From an uncultured Holophagae bacterium (GTDB lineage Bacteria > Acidobacteriota > Holophagae > Thermotomaculales > Thermotomaculaceae): a stretch of 64,000 nucleotides of DNA. Below are positions 35,912 to 45,993 of the stretch, in pieces. The position numbers and the translations under genes were made by a program. The stretch is from contig CAZRHT010000001.1 of the NCBI GenBank assembly GCA_964599895.1, positions 33,727 through 97,726 of the forward strand. Reading direction: 5' to 3'. Numbering within the stretch: position 1 is the stretch's first letter; each line of letters begins with the position of its first letter. A model generated the notes under the pieces. The model had not been told where the DNA came from and ran no database searches. It was given only the letters and a program-made list of their open reading frames with translations.

Positions 35912-37218
35912 TCTTCAATCCCCAGTTTCTTAAGCTTGGAAAGAAGTGTTTTGTAATTCATTGCCAGTTCGCGACTGACAGCGAGTTTATTTCCTTTGTG
36001 TTTTTCAAGATGGTGACGGAACAGCTTTTGTTCTATCTCCAAAAGAACTTCATTGTGGGTTTTTGCTTCAAAATCAATATGTGTTCCCCGTGCTTTGTGT
36101 GCAATCGGCACTGTTTGTGAAGAATGGTCAATTCCAAGTATGGCCCACCTCTCAATGGTGTTGCGAAGCTCCCGCACATTCCCGGGCCAGTCGTAGTTTT
36201 CAAGAAATTGGTTGGCAGACTCCGGGAGAATAAGGGGAGTTCCTGTAATCCGTCGGCCCAGTTTATCCGCAAAATGACTGGCCAGCAGCCGGATGTCCTG
36301 TTGACGTTCCCGTAAAGGTGGTAGTGTGATTGTATAAGCACTGATGCGATGGAACAGGTCTGTTCTGAAATCCTCAGCATCCGCCAGACTGTCCAGGTCC
36401 CGGTTAGTGGCAAATATCAACCTGGCACTGCTTTTCAACGGGACGTCACTCCCCAGGCGGTAGAACTCGCCACTATCCACAGTTCGCAAAATCTTTGCCT
36501 GGAATGCAAGGCTCGTTTTATCTATTTCATCTAGAAAAAGGGTAGATTCATCTGCCAGTTCAAAGTACCCCTTTTTAAGCCGAGTTGCGCCTGTGAAGGC
36601 ACCTGGTTCATGACCGAAAAGTTCAGATTCCAGGAGTGATTCAGGAATTGCCGCACAGTTCATTGCCCAGAAGCTGGCATTTTTCTGTTTGGAATGACGG
36701 TGAATCCATCGGGAGAGGACTTCTTTTCCGGTTCCGCTTTCCCCTGCCAGGAGTACAGAGCAGTCCAGTGGGGCTACTTTTGCTGCTACCTTCAGGGTTT
36801 CCAGCATTGCCGGGCTTTCTCCCACGATGGTCAAGTCAGAGTCAGTTGTTGCGATGCGTCGGAGTTTCAGTATTTCCTTTGCGCGTTTCAGGACAATCGA
36901 CAGGTGATTCAGATCCAGTGGCTTTGGCAAAAACTCATATGCGCCGGCCTTCATGGCTTCCACAGCAGTTGGAATGTCTCCGAAGGCCGTCATTATTATG
37001 AACAGAGTTTCAGGGAAATCAGGTATGGTTTTTCGGATAAAATCTATTCCGGACATGCCGGGGAGTTTCAGATCGCAAAGTACAATTTCTGGATAGTGTA
37101 CGAGGAGTGGTTGGGCTTCTTCAGCAGAGGGAGCACTGAGTACTTCCTGGGCCGAAAGAAACTTGACCAGCATTTCCCGAAGTGAATCCCGGTCTTCTAT
37201 TATCAATATCCGGCTCAT
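35908..37218 (-). CDS. Sigma-54-dependent response regulator (NtrC family: REC-AAA+-HTH)
   Basis: 436 aa. REC (ILIIEDRD...VLCDLKLPGMSG). AAA+ with GESGTGKE, the GAFTGA loop (EPGAFTGA) and ESELFGHE. C-terminal Fis-type HTH. Confidence 0.9.
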   Translation of the reverse strand: MSRILIIEDRDSLREMLVKFLSAQEVLSAPSAEEAQPLLVHYPEIVLCDLKLPGMSGIDFIRKTIPDFPETLFIIMTAFGDIPTAVEAMKAGAYEFLPKPLDLNHLSIVLKRAKEILKLRRIATTDSDLTIVGESPAMLETLKVAAKVAPLDCSVLLAGESGTGKEVLSRWIHRHSKQKNASFWAMNCAAIPESLLESELFGHEPGAFTGATRLKKGYFELADESTLFLDEIDKTSLAFQAKILRTVDSGEFYRLGSDVPLKSSARLIFATNRDLDSLADAEDFRTDLFHRISAYTITLPPLRERQQDIRLLASHFADKLGRRITGTPLILPESANQFLENYDWPGNVRELRNTIERWAILGIDHSSQTVPIAHKARGTHIDFEAKTHNEVLLEIEQKLFRHHLEKHKGNKLAVSRELAMNYKTLLSKLKKLGIEE

Positions 37219-38411
37219 AGCGTAAGCACCACTGTGGTTCCCATATCTGTTGCCGATTCAATAGTAATACTCCCTCCCAGGCGCGACACAATTTTTTCGC
37301 ACAGGGAAAGGCCCAGTCCTGTGCCGTCTTTTCTGGTCGTGTAAAAAGGAACGAGTGCGTGTTCCAGGATTTCAGCATCCATACCCGAGCCGTTGTCCTG
37401 TACAGTGATCCGAATACTGTCCTTCAGTTTTTCAATATGAACATGAATCCCGCCGGTGCCTGCAAGGTGTTCCCGGCTGTTTCGAATCAGATTTACGAGA
37501 CATTGCTTCAGGAGGGCCCTGTCGGTCTTAAAGGAAATATCTTCCGGAATTACTGTGATTTCAAGAATATTCTGCAAGTCTGGAAAGGTGACCAGAATAT
37601 CCTCACGAATGGTTGCACCTGCAACGATTTGCAGATTCAGTTGAAGTGGTTTGGCATAGAGGAGAAACTGGTTAACTACGTTGTTGATATCTTCCACTTC
37701 CGAGAGAATTTGAGCATTGTGCTCGGCAATAATGGACGGGGGGGATTCATTTTCGATCATCTGAGCGTAACCCTTAAGCGTAGAGAGGGCATTGCGAAAT
37801 TCATGGGCGAGACCTGCAGACATTTCACCGATTATTTCCAGCCGTTTTTTCAGCTCCAGCTGACTTTTTGCAGCTTCAATTTCTGTGATATCTTCAGCCA
37901 GAACAAGGTACCCGCCTTTTCCACCAAGAAGTTCACTGACGGGTCGTGCCTGTAATTTTACGATCTTTCCCCGGATTGAGGTATTGTCAATCTTCCCTTT
38001 CCCGTCCCCGGTGTCCTTGAGTTGCCGTACAAACTGGAAGAGCTCGGGGCTCCTCTCCTGGAACTGAACTATGGACTGATTCACGCTCTCCTTTGACAGA
38101 TGGAACAGCTTCCGGAACATTGGGTTTGCGGACTTAAACATCTTAAATTTGTCAAAAACAGCCACCCCGATGGCGAGGTTGTTCAGTATGATCTCATTCA
38201 GTTTTTCCTGTACTTCCAGCTCGTGGAAGATCGCCTTGCGCTGGTCCAGGGTATGCCGAATATTTTCGAGGACAAAATCGGGTGCCTCCCGTTCTTCTTC
38301 TCCACGTACCATCCGTTTGAGCTTCTTGATTACAATAATGTAAACAGATATGATGACAAAAGCAAAAAAGAAACCCCATGCCACAATGACTTTCAAGTTA
38401 AATCCATCCAT
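37215..38411 (-). CDS. Sensor histidine kinase (1 TM - PAS-like - HisKA - HATPase)
   Basis: 398 aa. H-box AHEFRNAL, N-box NLIRNSREH and G-boxes DNGSGM / GTGLGL. It has one N-terminal TM helix and no periplasmic domain. The stop overlaps the NtrC-type start (ATGA). Confidence 0.85.
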   Translation of the reverse strand: MDGFNLKVIVAWGFFFAFVIISVYIIVIKKLKRMVRGEEEREAPDFVLENIRHTLDQRKAIFHELEVQEKLNEIILNNLAIGVAVFDKFKMFKSANPMFRKLFHLSKESVNQSIVQFQERSPELFQFVRQLKDTGDGKGKIDNTSIRGKIVKLQARPVSELLGGKGGYLVLAEDITEIEAAKSQLELKKRLEIIGEMSAGLAHEFRNALSTLKGYAQMIENESPPSIIAEHNAQILSEVEDINNVVNQFLLYAKPLQLNLQIVAGATIREDILVTFPDLQNILEITVIPEDISFKTDRALLKQCLVNLIRNSREHLAGTGGIHVHIEKLKDSIRITVQDNGSGMDAEILEHALVPFYTTRKDGTGLGLSLCEKIVSRLGGSITIESATDMGTTVVLTL

Positions 38412-38490
38412 ATTGCTATCATAGAATGAATTGCAGGAATTGGCAAGTGTAGGAATCTTTGGGGAATGTTCTTTTGCAGAAAGAACAGAA

Positions 38491-38520
38491 AGAAAGGGAG
38501 GATATGTATCCTCCCTTTCT
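38491..38520. terminator. Strong hairpin terminator between the RND gene and the histidine kinase operon
   Basis: AGAAAGGGAGGATA-TG-TATCCTCCCTTTCT, a 14-bp perfect stem. T-rich tracts flank it on both strands. Confidence 0.6.
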
Positions 38521-38571
38521 TTTTCTATGGTGTTTTAACTTCGTACGTATTGAACTGACTGTCCCTCTGTG

Positions 38572-41500
38572 TTACGTTTGGGTCTCTCCGGCCCCATCCT
38601 CACCGGTAAGTTTTGCCTTAAGGGTCTCTACCAACTCGTAGAGAGTGGGGATGATCATTAGAGTCAGGACGGTGGAAAAGATCAATCCGGCAATTACAGT
38701 AATGGCCATGGGCTGGCGAATTTCAGCGCCTTCTCCAAGACCCATAGCCAGAGGAAGCAGCCCAAGGACAGTGGTCAGGGTTGTCATGATAATGGGGCGA
38801 AGCCGCACTTTTCCGGCAAGGATGATAGCTTCTCTGATTTCCATTCCCCTTCTTCTCAAAAGGTTGATGTAGTCAATGAGTACAATGGCATTGTTGACCA
38901 CAATGCCGGCAAGCATCATCAGGCCGATGAATACGATAACCGACATGGGGATATGAAGTGTGTACAATGTAATACCAACACCAAACAAAGCCAGAGGTAT
39001 CGAAAACATGATAACAAAGGGATGAAGGAGAGATTCAAACTGCGATGCCATAACAATGTACACCAGGAATATCGAAAGCAGCAGCGCGTAAAGGAGAGAT
39101 TTGGAGGACTTTTCCATTTCCTGGTTCTGACCGGATATCACGTATTCAATGTCTGATGGATGGGGAATCTTGGAGAGCTTTTCCTGAATTTGCTTTGAAA
39201 GGGCTTTCAGGCCAAGACCGGTTATATTTGCAGAGATAAGACCCACCCGTTGCTGATCCACGCGACGGATTTCGCTGGGCCCTTCAACGATGTTGAATGC
39301 TGCCACGGCGGAAAGTGGAACAGCGGGTTTCTGGCCAGGGTTTACAATGATGTTTTTCAGGTCTTCCAGAGTCTTTCTCGTGTTGTTTTTCAATTTCACC
39401 CGAATATCAATGCGTTTGTCACCCCGGATAAACTTGGTAGGGACATAGCCCAGCAACTGGTTCCGAACAAGGTCTGCCACCTTGACTATATTCAGGTTCA
39501 GCCGGGCCAGTTTATCCCGGTCAAAGACGATCTGAGTTTCCGGGTTTCCGGTGCGGATGTTCAACTCCACATCTTTCAGGTCCGGAATCTCTTTCATTTT
39601 TTCCAGAGCGAGCATGGAGTATTTTTTCAATTTCTGGAGGTTGTATCCATGAACTTCAACTTCAACCGGTGCCTTGAATGTGAACAGGGTGGGGTATTCC
39701 ACTCTCATTTCAGCATCTGGTATGTTGCTGAAAATTTCCCGGATTTTGGAAATTGTGTCCTGTTCAGTCTTGAGAATATCGTCTGAAGGTTTGAGGATGA
39801 CTCCGATTCTTGCGGAAAATTCGCCTTCGTCCGCTTTTGCATAGGAATCCTTTTCCACTCCGATGCGGGTGAAGTAGGTACGAATTGTTTTGATTGAAGA
39901 TAACCTGGATTCATAGGGCATGAGGAGGGAATCTGTCTTTTCAATGGGCGTGCCCACAGGGAAATTTACAATAACGGTAAATTGCCCCTGGTGCATGACT
40001 GGAATCAGTTCGGCGTCCAGTCCGCGAAATGAGAAGAATGTGATGGCAAAGGCTATCAGAATCAGAATAACGGAAAGCAATTTGTTCCCAAGCACAAGTT
40101 TCAGTGCTTTTGGGTACCAATCGTTTTGAACCCAGTTGAAGCCATTGTTGAAATTGGTCAGTACTCTGTTGAGAATGAATTTATCCAGTGCAGTCCAGAT
40201 AATTCGGCTGATCCAGACGATTCCCAGAAAAAACAGGTAGGCCAATACGAAAATTTTCGCCATTACCTCCAAGGGGAAATAGAATAGAAGTCGGACCACG
40301 CGAAACAGGGCAGCGATTAGTTTTAACAACCAGTTGCGCGGCAGGGGTCCGATGAATCCGCTGAAAGACTGGAAATGAAGAAGGGAAGAACCCAGTTTGA
40401 ATCCTGTCGATTTTCCAGGAGTAAACCTTCTGGATGCAAGCATTGGAATGAAAAACAGAGCGAACATCAGCGACGCGATTAGAGCAAAGACGACGGACAG
40501 GGCCATATCTTTGAAAATCTGGCCGGCGATGCCTTCCACAAAGACGATAGGAAAGAATACGGCAATGGTAGTCAATGTGGAAGCAACAACAGCCGTACCA
40601 ACTTCAGAAGTTCCACGAACGGCCGCATCTGCGATTTCATCCCCTTCTTCCTGACATCGGAAAATGCTTTCGAGCACAACAATCGCGTTATCCACAAGCA
40701 TTCCGACCCCCAGTGCAATTCCACCAAGAGACATAATATTCAATGATACGTTGAAGAATTTCATGAACGCGAATGTAGTGACAATGGATAGTGGGATGGT
40801 AACTGAAACGATGAGCGTAGATTTAATGTTTTTGAGAAAAAGAAACAATACGAGAATTGCCAGTAGCGCGCCTACCAGGGCATTATCTTTTACTTCATTA
40901 AGAGCATTTTCAATAAAAACGGATTGGTCGGAGAGCAAATCAACCTTCATGTGTTCCGGTAAAGATGTACGAACGGTTTTCCCTTTTGTTGTGAGCATCT
41001 GGAATTTGACCCGCTTGGCAACATCCACAATGTTGGCATCCGCTTCTTTGTAAATCTCGAGGATGACGCATTCTCTGCCATTGATCCGGGTGATCACTTC
41101 TCTGTCTTTGAAAGATCGGGTAACTTGACCGATATCCTTGATCCGGATCTCAACTCCATTCGTGGTTCCAATAATAAGGTTGCGGATTTCGTCGATATTC
41201 CGGAACTGGTTGACAGTTCTAACGATATATTCTGTTGCGCCTTCTTTCAGTTTTCCACCGGCAAGATTGACGTTTTCACTGGCTAGCCGGTTATTCACCG
41301 TGTCAATGTCCATGTTCAGACCGGTCAATTTGGACGGGTTGATGTCCACATGAAATTCTTCTTCAAGTCCTCCCCGGATCTTGACTGCGGCAACTCCCTG
41401 AATCTTATCCAGACGAATCTTAATATTATCTTCCGAAAAATTGCGAAGATACATCAGGCTTTCTTTCTTGGAAGTCAATCCGAAGGTGAGGATGGGGTCC

Positions 41501-41907
41501 AGTGTCGGGTCATATCTAAGAATAACGGGTTTCCCTGCTTCCTTTGGTAGAAAAACCTGATCCAGCTTTTCCCGAATGTCCTGAATGGCTGTGTTGATGT
41601 CGGTTCCCCAGCGGAACTCCAGGATGACATCGGACATACCGGATCGAGAGATGGAACTGATGGTGGAAAGGTTATTTACAACCGCCAGAGCCTGTTCCAC
41701 TCTGCGGGAAACGTTGTTTTCTACTTCCTCGGGCGCTGCCCCTTCAAATTCGGTCCGGACAGTGATAGTTGGATAGCTGATGTCCGGCATAAGATTCAAT
41801 GCCAATCTCTTGTACGAGACATAGCCAAAGACCACAATGGCAATGACGATCATAAAGATCGCCACTGGCCGTCGGACCGTAATTCCGAATACGGAGTGGT
41901 CTGTCAT
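38572..41907 (-). CDS. RND efflux transporter permease (AcrB/HAE family)
   Basis: About 1111 aa counted from the ATG at 41907, whose start is separated by 1 nt from the adaptor gene stop (TGA at 41911-41909). It has 12-TM RND topology and conserved blocks (GGIALGVGMLVDNAIVVLE, GLMMLAGIVVNNAIVLIDY). Confidence 0.9.
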   Translation of the reverse strand: MTDHSVFGITVRRPVAIFMIVIAIVVFGYVSYKRLALNLMPDISYPTITVRTEFEGAAPEEVENNVSRRVEQALAVVNNLSTISSISRSGMSDVILEFRWGTDINTAIQDIREKLDQVFLPKEAGKPVILRYDPTLDPILTFGLTSKKESLMYLRNFSEDNIKIRLDKIQGVAAVKIRGGLEEEFHVDINPSKLTGLNMDIDTVNNRLASENVNLAGGKLKEGATEYIVRTVNQFRNIDEIRNLIIGTTNGVEIRIKDIGQVTRSFKDREVITRINGRECVILEIYKEADANIVDVAKRVKFQMLTTKGKTVRTSLPEHMKVDLLSDQSVFIENALNEVKDNALVGALLAILVLFLFLKNIKSTLIVSVTIPLSIVTTFAFMKFFNVSLNIMSLGGIALGVGMLVDNAIVVLESIFRCQEEGDEIADAAVRGTSEVGTAVVASTLTTIAVFFPIVFVEGIAGQIFKDMALSVVFALIASLMFALFFIPMLASRRFTPGKSTGFKLGSSLLHFQSFSGFIGPLPRNWLLKLIAALFRVVRLLFYFPLEVMAKIFVLAYLFFLGIVWISRIIWTALDKFILNRVLTNFNNGFNWVQNDWYPKALKLVLGNKLLSVILILIAFAITFFSFRGLDAELIPVMHQGQFTVIVNFPVGTPIEKTDSLLMPYESRLSSIKTIRTYFTRIGVEKDSYAKADEGEFSARIGVILKPSDDILKTEQDTISKIREIFSNIPDAEMRVEYPTLFTFKAPVEVEVHGYNLQKLKKYSMLALEKMKEIPDLKDVELNIRTGNPETQIVFDRDKLARLNLNIVKVADLVRNQLLGYVPTKFIRGDKRIDIRVKLKNNTRKTLEDLKNIIVNPGQKPAVPLSAVAAFNIVEGPSEIRRVDQQRVGLISANITGLGLKALSKQIQEKLSKIPHPSDIEYVISGQNQEMEKSSKSLLYALLLSIFLVYIVMASQFESLLHPFVIMFSIPLALFGVGITLYTLHIPMSVIVFIGLMMLAGIVVNNAIVLIDYINLLRRRGMEIREAIILAGKVRLRPIIMTTLTTVLGLLPLAMGLGEGAEIRQPMAITVIAGLIFSTVLTLMIIPTLYELVETLKAKLTGEDGAGETQT

Positions 41908-41908
41908 A

Positions 41909-42955
41909 TCAGCCCAACCTGACCTTTGCGCCATCCTTAAGGCCGTTTTGACCCGCCACAATAATCTGGTCGCCCACTTTAAGGTCCTTATTCAGTGACT
42001 GGAATTGGATCTCATCCTGATATCCAGTCTTCAGTTCTATTTGTTTTGCTTCTTTCGTCTTCGCATCGTAAAGAAAAATATACTGCCTGTCGTTTAGATA
42101 GACGACAGCCTTCTTGGGAACCAACAGTGCATCGGGAATTGTGTCAGTCAGAAGGCTAACTTTTACAAACATGCCAGGTCGAATATTCGGGTCATGTTTT
42201 ACATAAACAGTTACTTTGACAGTACCGGTGGATGGATCCACGATGTGGGAAACTCGTTTCACACTGCCCTTGAAAGTTTGCTTGGCGGCTTCACTGACCA
42301 GGTTTGCAGACATCCCCACCTTTAACTCCCTGACCCGTTCTTCCGGGATAAACACGTTTACCTTCAGCAGATCCCGGTTTACAAGGGAAAACGCTTTCTG
42401 GTTCATGGAAAGGAATTGACCAGCTGTGATAAAACGTTCGGTGACAACTCCGTCAAACGGGGCCTTGATCATACTTTTGTCATACTTAACTTTTGCATTG
42501 TCAAAATCGAGTTTCTTCTGATTGTAGTTGAATCTGGCGTTGTCGTAGTCTTCCTGACTGACCAGTTGACGGTCAAACATGCTCTTCGTGCGTTTGAATG
42601 TGTTCTCCGCTTCTTTCAGGGCAACTTCAGCCTTATCTTTACTGAGTTTCAATTCTTCAAAATTTACAACAGCGAGGATTTGACCTTTCTTAACGCTGTC
42701 TCCTTCTTCCACGTTAAGCTTTTCTACCACACCGGTAGTTTCCGCGACTATGTCCACACTCATTTCTGCTTCAACCGTACCGGATGACAGAATAAAGGAT
42801 GATATTGGCCCCTTTTTCAGGGCTTCTACCTGGACGGGGACAACAATTTCCTTCTTGTCTTTCCCCTTGTCTTTGGTCCCACCCCTGCCGCTAACTGAAC
42901 AGGAAATGGATGCGGCTGTAATTGCGACAACTAATAGAATAACAGTTTTCTTCAA
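41909..42955 (-). CDS. RND efflux periplasmic adaptor (membrane fusion protein), lipoprotein
   Basis: 348 aa. TTG start. A lipobox-like segment (AASISC) is followed by biotinyl-lipoyl, hairpin and beta-barrel segments typical of the HlyD/AcrA family. Confidence 0.85.
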   Translation of the reverse strand: MKKTVILLVVAITAASISCSVSGRGGTKDKGKDKKEIVVPVQVEALKKGPISSFILSSGTVEAEMSVDIVAETTGVVEKLNVEEGDSVKKGQILAVVNFEELKLSKDKAEVALKEAENTFKRTKSMFDRQLVSQEDYDNARFNYNQKKLDFDNAKVKYDKSMIKAPFDGVVTERFITAGQFLSMNQKAFSLVNRDLLKVNVFIPEERVRELKVGMSANLVSEAAKQTFKGSVKRVSHIVDPSTGTVKVTVYVKHDPNIRPGMFVKVSLLTDTIPDALLVPKKAVVYLNDRQYIFLYDAKTKEAKQIELKTGYQDEIQFQSLNKDLKVGDQIIVAGQNGLKDGAKVRLG

Positions 42956-43051
42956 TGGCTCCCTCCGGAATTTTCAAATCGATAAATTATACGGGGAGCA
43001 GTGTGAATAGTTTCCAGTGACTGCAGGAGTACATGCAAATTTTATGAAGAC

Positions 43052-43309
43052 TCATTCAGATTTCTTTTTCTGGTTCAGTTCCTTCAGAGCCGCACGCTCT
43101 TCTGAGAGCTCGAGGAGCAGATCTTTTATGCACCACTGCACGGATGTGGGAGTTGTCGTAGCCATGATGATGTTGCTGGAAAATGAAGGGGAATGTTTCA
43201 GCGTATCGATAAGATTATTGAGCTGTTCACCTGAAAACCCATGAAACAGAATGACAGGTTGTTCTTTCAATTTTTCAAATTCTTCAAGGTTTGGTTTGTT
43301 TTCACTCAT
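43052..43309 (-). CDS. Small conserved hypothetical protein (possibly DUF3783-like)
   Basis: About 85 aa. The ATG at 43309 has a GGAGG RBS 5 nt upstream. It is the last gene of the MarC/permease operon. The family assignment is a weak recollection only. Confidence 0.4.
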   Translation of the reverse strand: MSENKPNLEEFEKLKEQPVILFHGFSGEQLNNLIDTLKHSPSFSSNIIMATTTPTSVQWCIKDLLLELSEERAALKELNQKKKSE

Positions 43310-43331
43310 ATGGACCTCCATGATTGATTTC

Positions 43332-44468
43332 TCATATCTTTTCTCCTCTCCACAGGAAGGGAAGAACGGTTACCATCAGGAAAAAAGGAATCAGCATCAT
43401 TGACATGCCCAGGCGGATATTTATTCCCCCAACAATACCGACAAAAGGTACACCGATCATTCCGAACGTGCTCACAGCGAGAAAGAGTATGGCATTCAAA
43501 GGGGCCCGGACATCATCCGGGGCAATCCGGTTCAGGAGAAAATGAATGGACGGAAAGATTGTGGCCATGAAAAGAGCGCCCAACAGGAAGGCACTTACTG
43601 ACCATGTCACCGGGCTGAAAATGAAGATAGAAAAAAGAGCGAGGGATGCTAGGCTCATGGCCCGGGCGTTGATTTGCGGAGTAAGTTTGCGAATCTGTCT
43701 GTCACCGAAAAAACGACCGAGGGTAAATAGAATCCAGAAGGCGGACAGCATCACAGCAGATGTTTCAACTGTGAAACCGAAGGAGGATTTAAAGAAATTG
43801 CCCGCCCACACCACGACGGCCATTTCGGATACGGAATATAGAGCAAGAAGGGTAATGACAATGAGGTAGCGGCTTTGCATCACCTTTTTTACTCCGTGAA
43901 AGGGGGAATCGTCGGACTGATAATCCGAAACAGGACGAAAGGCAATGTAGAGACCAAATAGAATAATCAAAAGGAGGTAGGTTAGATATACGTAACGGTA
44001 GGAATAATTTCGTCCCAGATAAAACTTTACAAAAACCGGAGCGGCCAGTCCGCCCATGCCGAAAAAGGAGTGAAACATGGAGAAATTCTGCTTTGTCACG
44101 GGGAAATGAGCATAGATGACTGAGAACGTCGTGATCGTGACGGCAAATGCCACTGCGATGAAGAAAATACCCGCCGTCAACCCTGAAAGGGAATGGCTTG
44201 TGGCGGCAAATGTGAGCCCTACAGCTCCTGCGATTACAGCAATAGCAGTACTCTTGCGAGTTCCGATTCTTGACAACACCAGTGCTGCTGCAACATTGGC
44301 CAGGATGGTTCCCATAGAGTGAGCAAAGGGAATGATGCTGGACTGGCCCATGGAGATTGCAAACACCCGCTGGAATTCCACCATCAGGGGAGGCATGGTG
44401 TTCAGGAACATGGAAGTCAGAAAAAGCCCCGCGAAGAGGACGATGGGACTTTGGCGGCGTTCAGGCAT
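43332..44468 (-). CDS. MFS transporter
   Basis: About 378 aa from the ATG at 44468, a start that overlaps the upstream stop by 8 nt. It has about 12 hydrophobic helices. The longer ORF to 44618 overlaps the upstream gene. Confidence 0.75.
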   Translation of the reverse strand: MPERRQSPIVLFAGLFLTSMFLNTMPPLMVEFQRVFAISMGQSSIIPFAHSMGTILANVAAALVLSRIGTRKSTAIAVIAGAVGLTFAATSHSLSGLTAGIFFIAVAFAVTITTFSVIYAHFPVTKQNFSMFHSFFGMGGLAAPVFVKFYLGRNYSYRYVYLTYLLLIILFGLYIAFRPVSDYQSDDSPFHGVKKVMQSRYLIVITLLALYSVSEMAVVVWAGNFFKSSFGFTVETSAVMLSAFWILFTLGRFFGDRQIRKLTPQINARAMSLASLALFSIFIFSPVTWSVSAFLLGALFMATIFPSIHFLLNRIAPDDVRAPLNAILFLAVSTFGMIGVPFVGIVGGINIRLGMSMMLIPFFLMVTVLPFLWRGEKI

Positions 44469-45975
44469 TCGACTCTTCCCGTTCCACCCACCAGTATGAC
44501 AGCATGCTGATTGCTGCGAAAATGAGATAGCCGATAGCGATTCTGTCTGAATACCCGAAGTGAGTAAAATCGGGCAGGTAAATGCCGCCGTCGGGGCGGA
44601 CGGAGTGGATGATTCCAAACAATGTCAGCACAACTGTTGCAGCCATCGTCAGCACAAAACCTTTCATTTTCCGGTGAATCAGGAAGGAAACAGCGCTGCC
44701 CCAAAGCATGGCGGTGAGAATGAAACCGTTTCCGAGAACCGTAACAGCTTTCAGGGTGTTGGCCATGTCCACACTTAAGTCAGCGATTCCTTTTCCCAGT
44801 GAACCCAGCAGTGAATTCATCTGGATCAGTACCAGGTCGGCAATGGATGGAATAAATGCGAGTAGCACGGCGGACAAATCACCTTCTGCTGTCTCAATAG
44901 ACTGGGCGGCGATTTCAAATCCTACAAAAATCAGGATGGGAGATACAGCTGCCGGAGGGATAATCTGCACAATGCCGCTGATTATTCCCAGCATGCCTCC
45001 GATTCCGATGAAAAGGCCGGTGGCGAGGGTGTAACCTGCCTTGGCACCCATGTCCTTGTATGCGGGATGGCCGATATAGGGTGTGCTCTGGGCAACGCCG
45101 CCGCAGAGACCGGCAAGAATAGTGGCAATAGCTTCGGTGAACAGAATCTGGGTCGTATTGTAATCGTCACCGGCAACCCTGGCGCTTTCGGTGACGTTAA
45201 TTCCCCCGATAATGGTTAGAAGACCGAAGGGCAGGGCGATGGGGATGTAGTTGAGCGCCAGTTTCATTCCCTTTACGAAACCGAGGGAGGGATAGGGAAT
45301 GTAGATTCCCAATGAGGTTTCGGCGGTTATGGTTCCGTGGGTGTGGGGAATCAGGTAAAAAAGTAGGGTACCGGCTGCCACAGCTGCCAGCACAGGGGGA
45401 ATCCGGAACGGGAGCCGTCCTTTTGCGAAAAAGGCATAAATGATAATACCAAGGGAGGTGATGCCGACGATCGGGAGTTTGAACACGTCCAGCATGGGGA
45501 AAAGACCCAGAAGAGCAATGCCGATGCCGCCGATGGAACCCAGGAGTCCAGCGCGTGGCATTTTTTCCTGAATCCACTTCCCGAAGAACGAGAAAACTAC
45601 CTTCATCAATCCCATTAACACCATTACTGCCATACCCACGTAGAGGGTCAGGTTGGCGTCGTGGGTCTGGAGGTAAACCGGCCCGAGAACGGTGAGGGCA
45701 ATTCCCACGGTACTGGGAGTATCCAGTCCGAGCGGCATGGCGGTAACGGTCTTGCTCCCCGTTTTTCTGGAGAGTCTGTATGCCATGATTGTGTATACTA
45801 TGTCTCCGAACATGACGCCAAGGGCGGTACCGGGAATCATCTTCTTCAGGATTACATCCATGGGAAATGCAAAAGCACCGTATAGGATTCCGGTCAGAAC
45901 CACAAGATTGGTCACGTTGTCCAGCATCAATCCAAAAAAAGCGTTAATGTCTCCCTTGCTGATCAGGCGTTTCAC
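44461..45975 (-). CDS. NCS2/AzgA-like (xanthine/uracil/vitamin C permease superfamily) transporter
   Basis: 504 aa, polytopic. The N-terminal DINAFFGLMLDNVTNLVVL and Gly-rich helices resemble AGZA-type purine permeases. The substrate cannot be inferred. Confidence 0.6.
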   Translation of the reverse strand: MKRLISKGDINAFFGLMLDNVTNLVVLTGILYGAFAFPMDVILKKMIPGTALGVMFGDIVYTIMAYRLSRKTGSKTVTAMPLGLDTPSTVGIALTVLGPVYLQTHDANLTLYVGMAVMVLMGLMKVVFSFFGKWIQEKMPRAGLLGSIGGIGIALLGLFPMLDVFKLPIVGITSLGIIIYAFFAKGRLPFRIPPVLAAVAAGTLLFYLIPHTHGTITAETSLGIYIPYPSLGFVKGMKLALNYIPIALPFGLLTIIGGINVTESARVAGDDYNTTQILFTEAIATILAGLCGGVAQSTPYIGHPAYKDMGAKAGYTLATGLFIGIGGMLGIISGIVQIIPPAAVSPILIFVGFEIAAQSIETAEGDLSAVLLAFIPSIADLVLIQMNSLLGSLGKGIADLSVDMANTLKAVTVLGNGFILTAMLWGSAVSFLIHRKMKGFVLTMAATVVLTLFGIIHSVRPDGGIYLPDFTHFGYSDRIAIGYLIFAAISMLSYWWVEREESNA

Positions 45976-45993
45976 ATGTTCCCCCTTGTGTGT

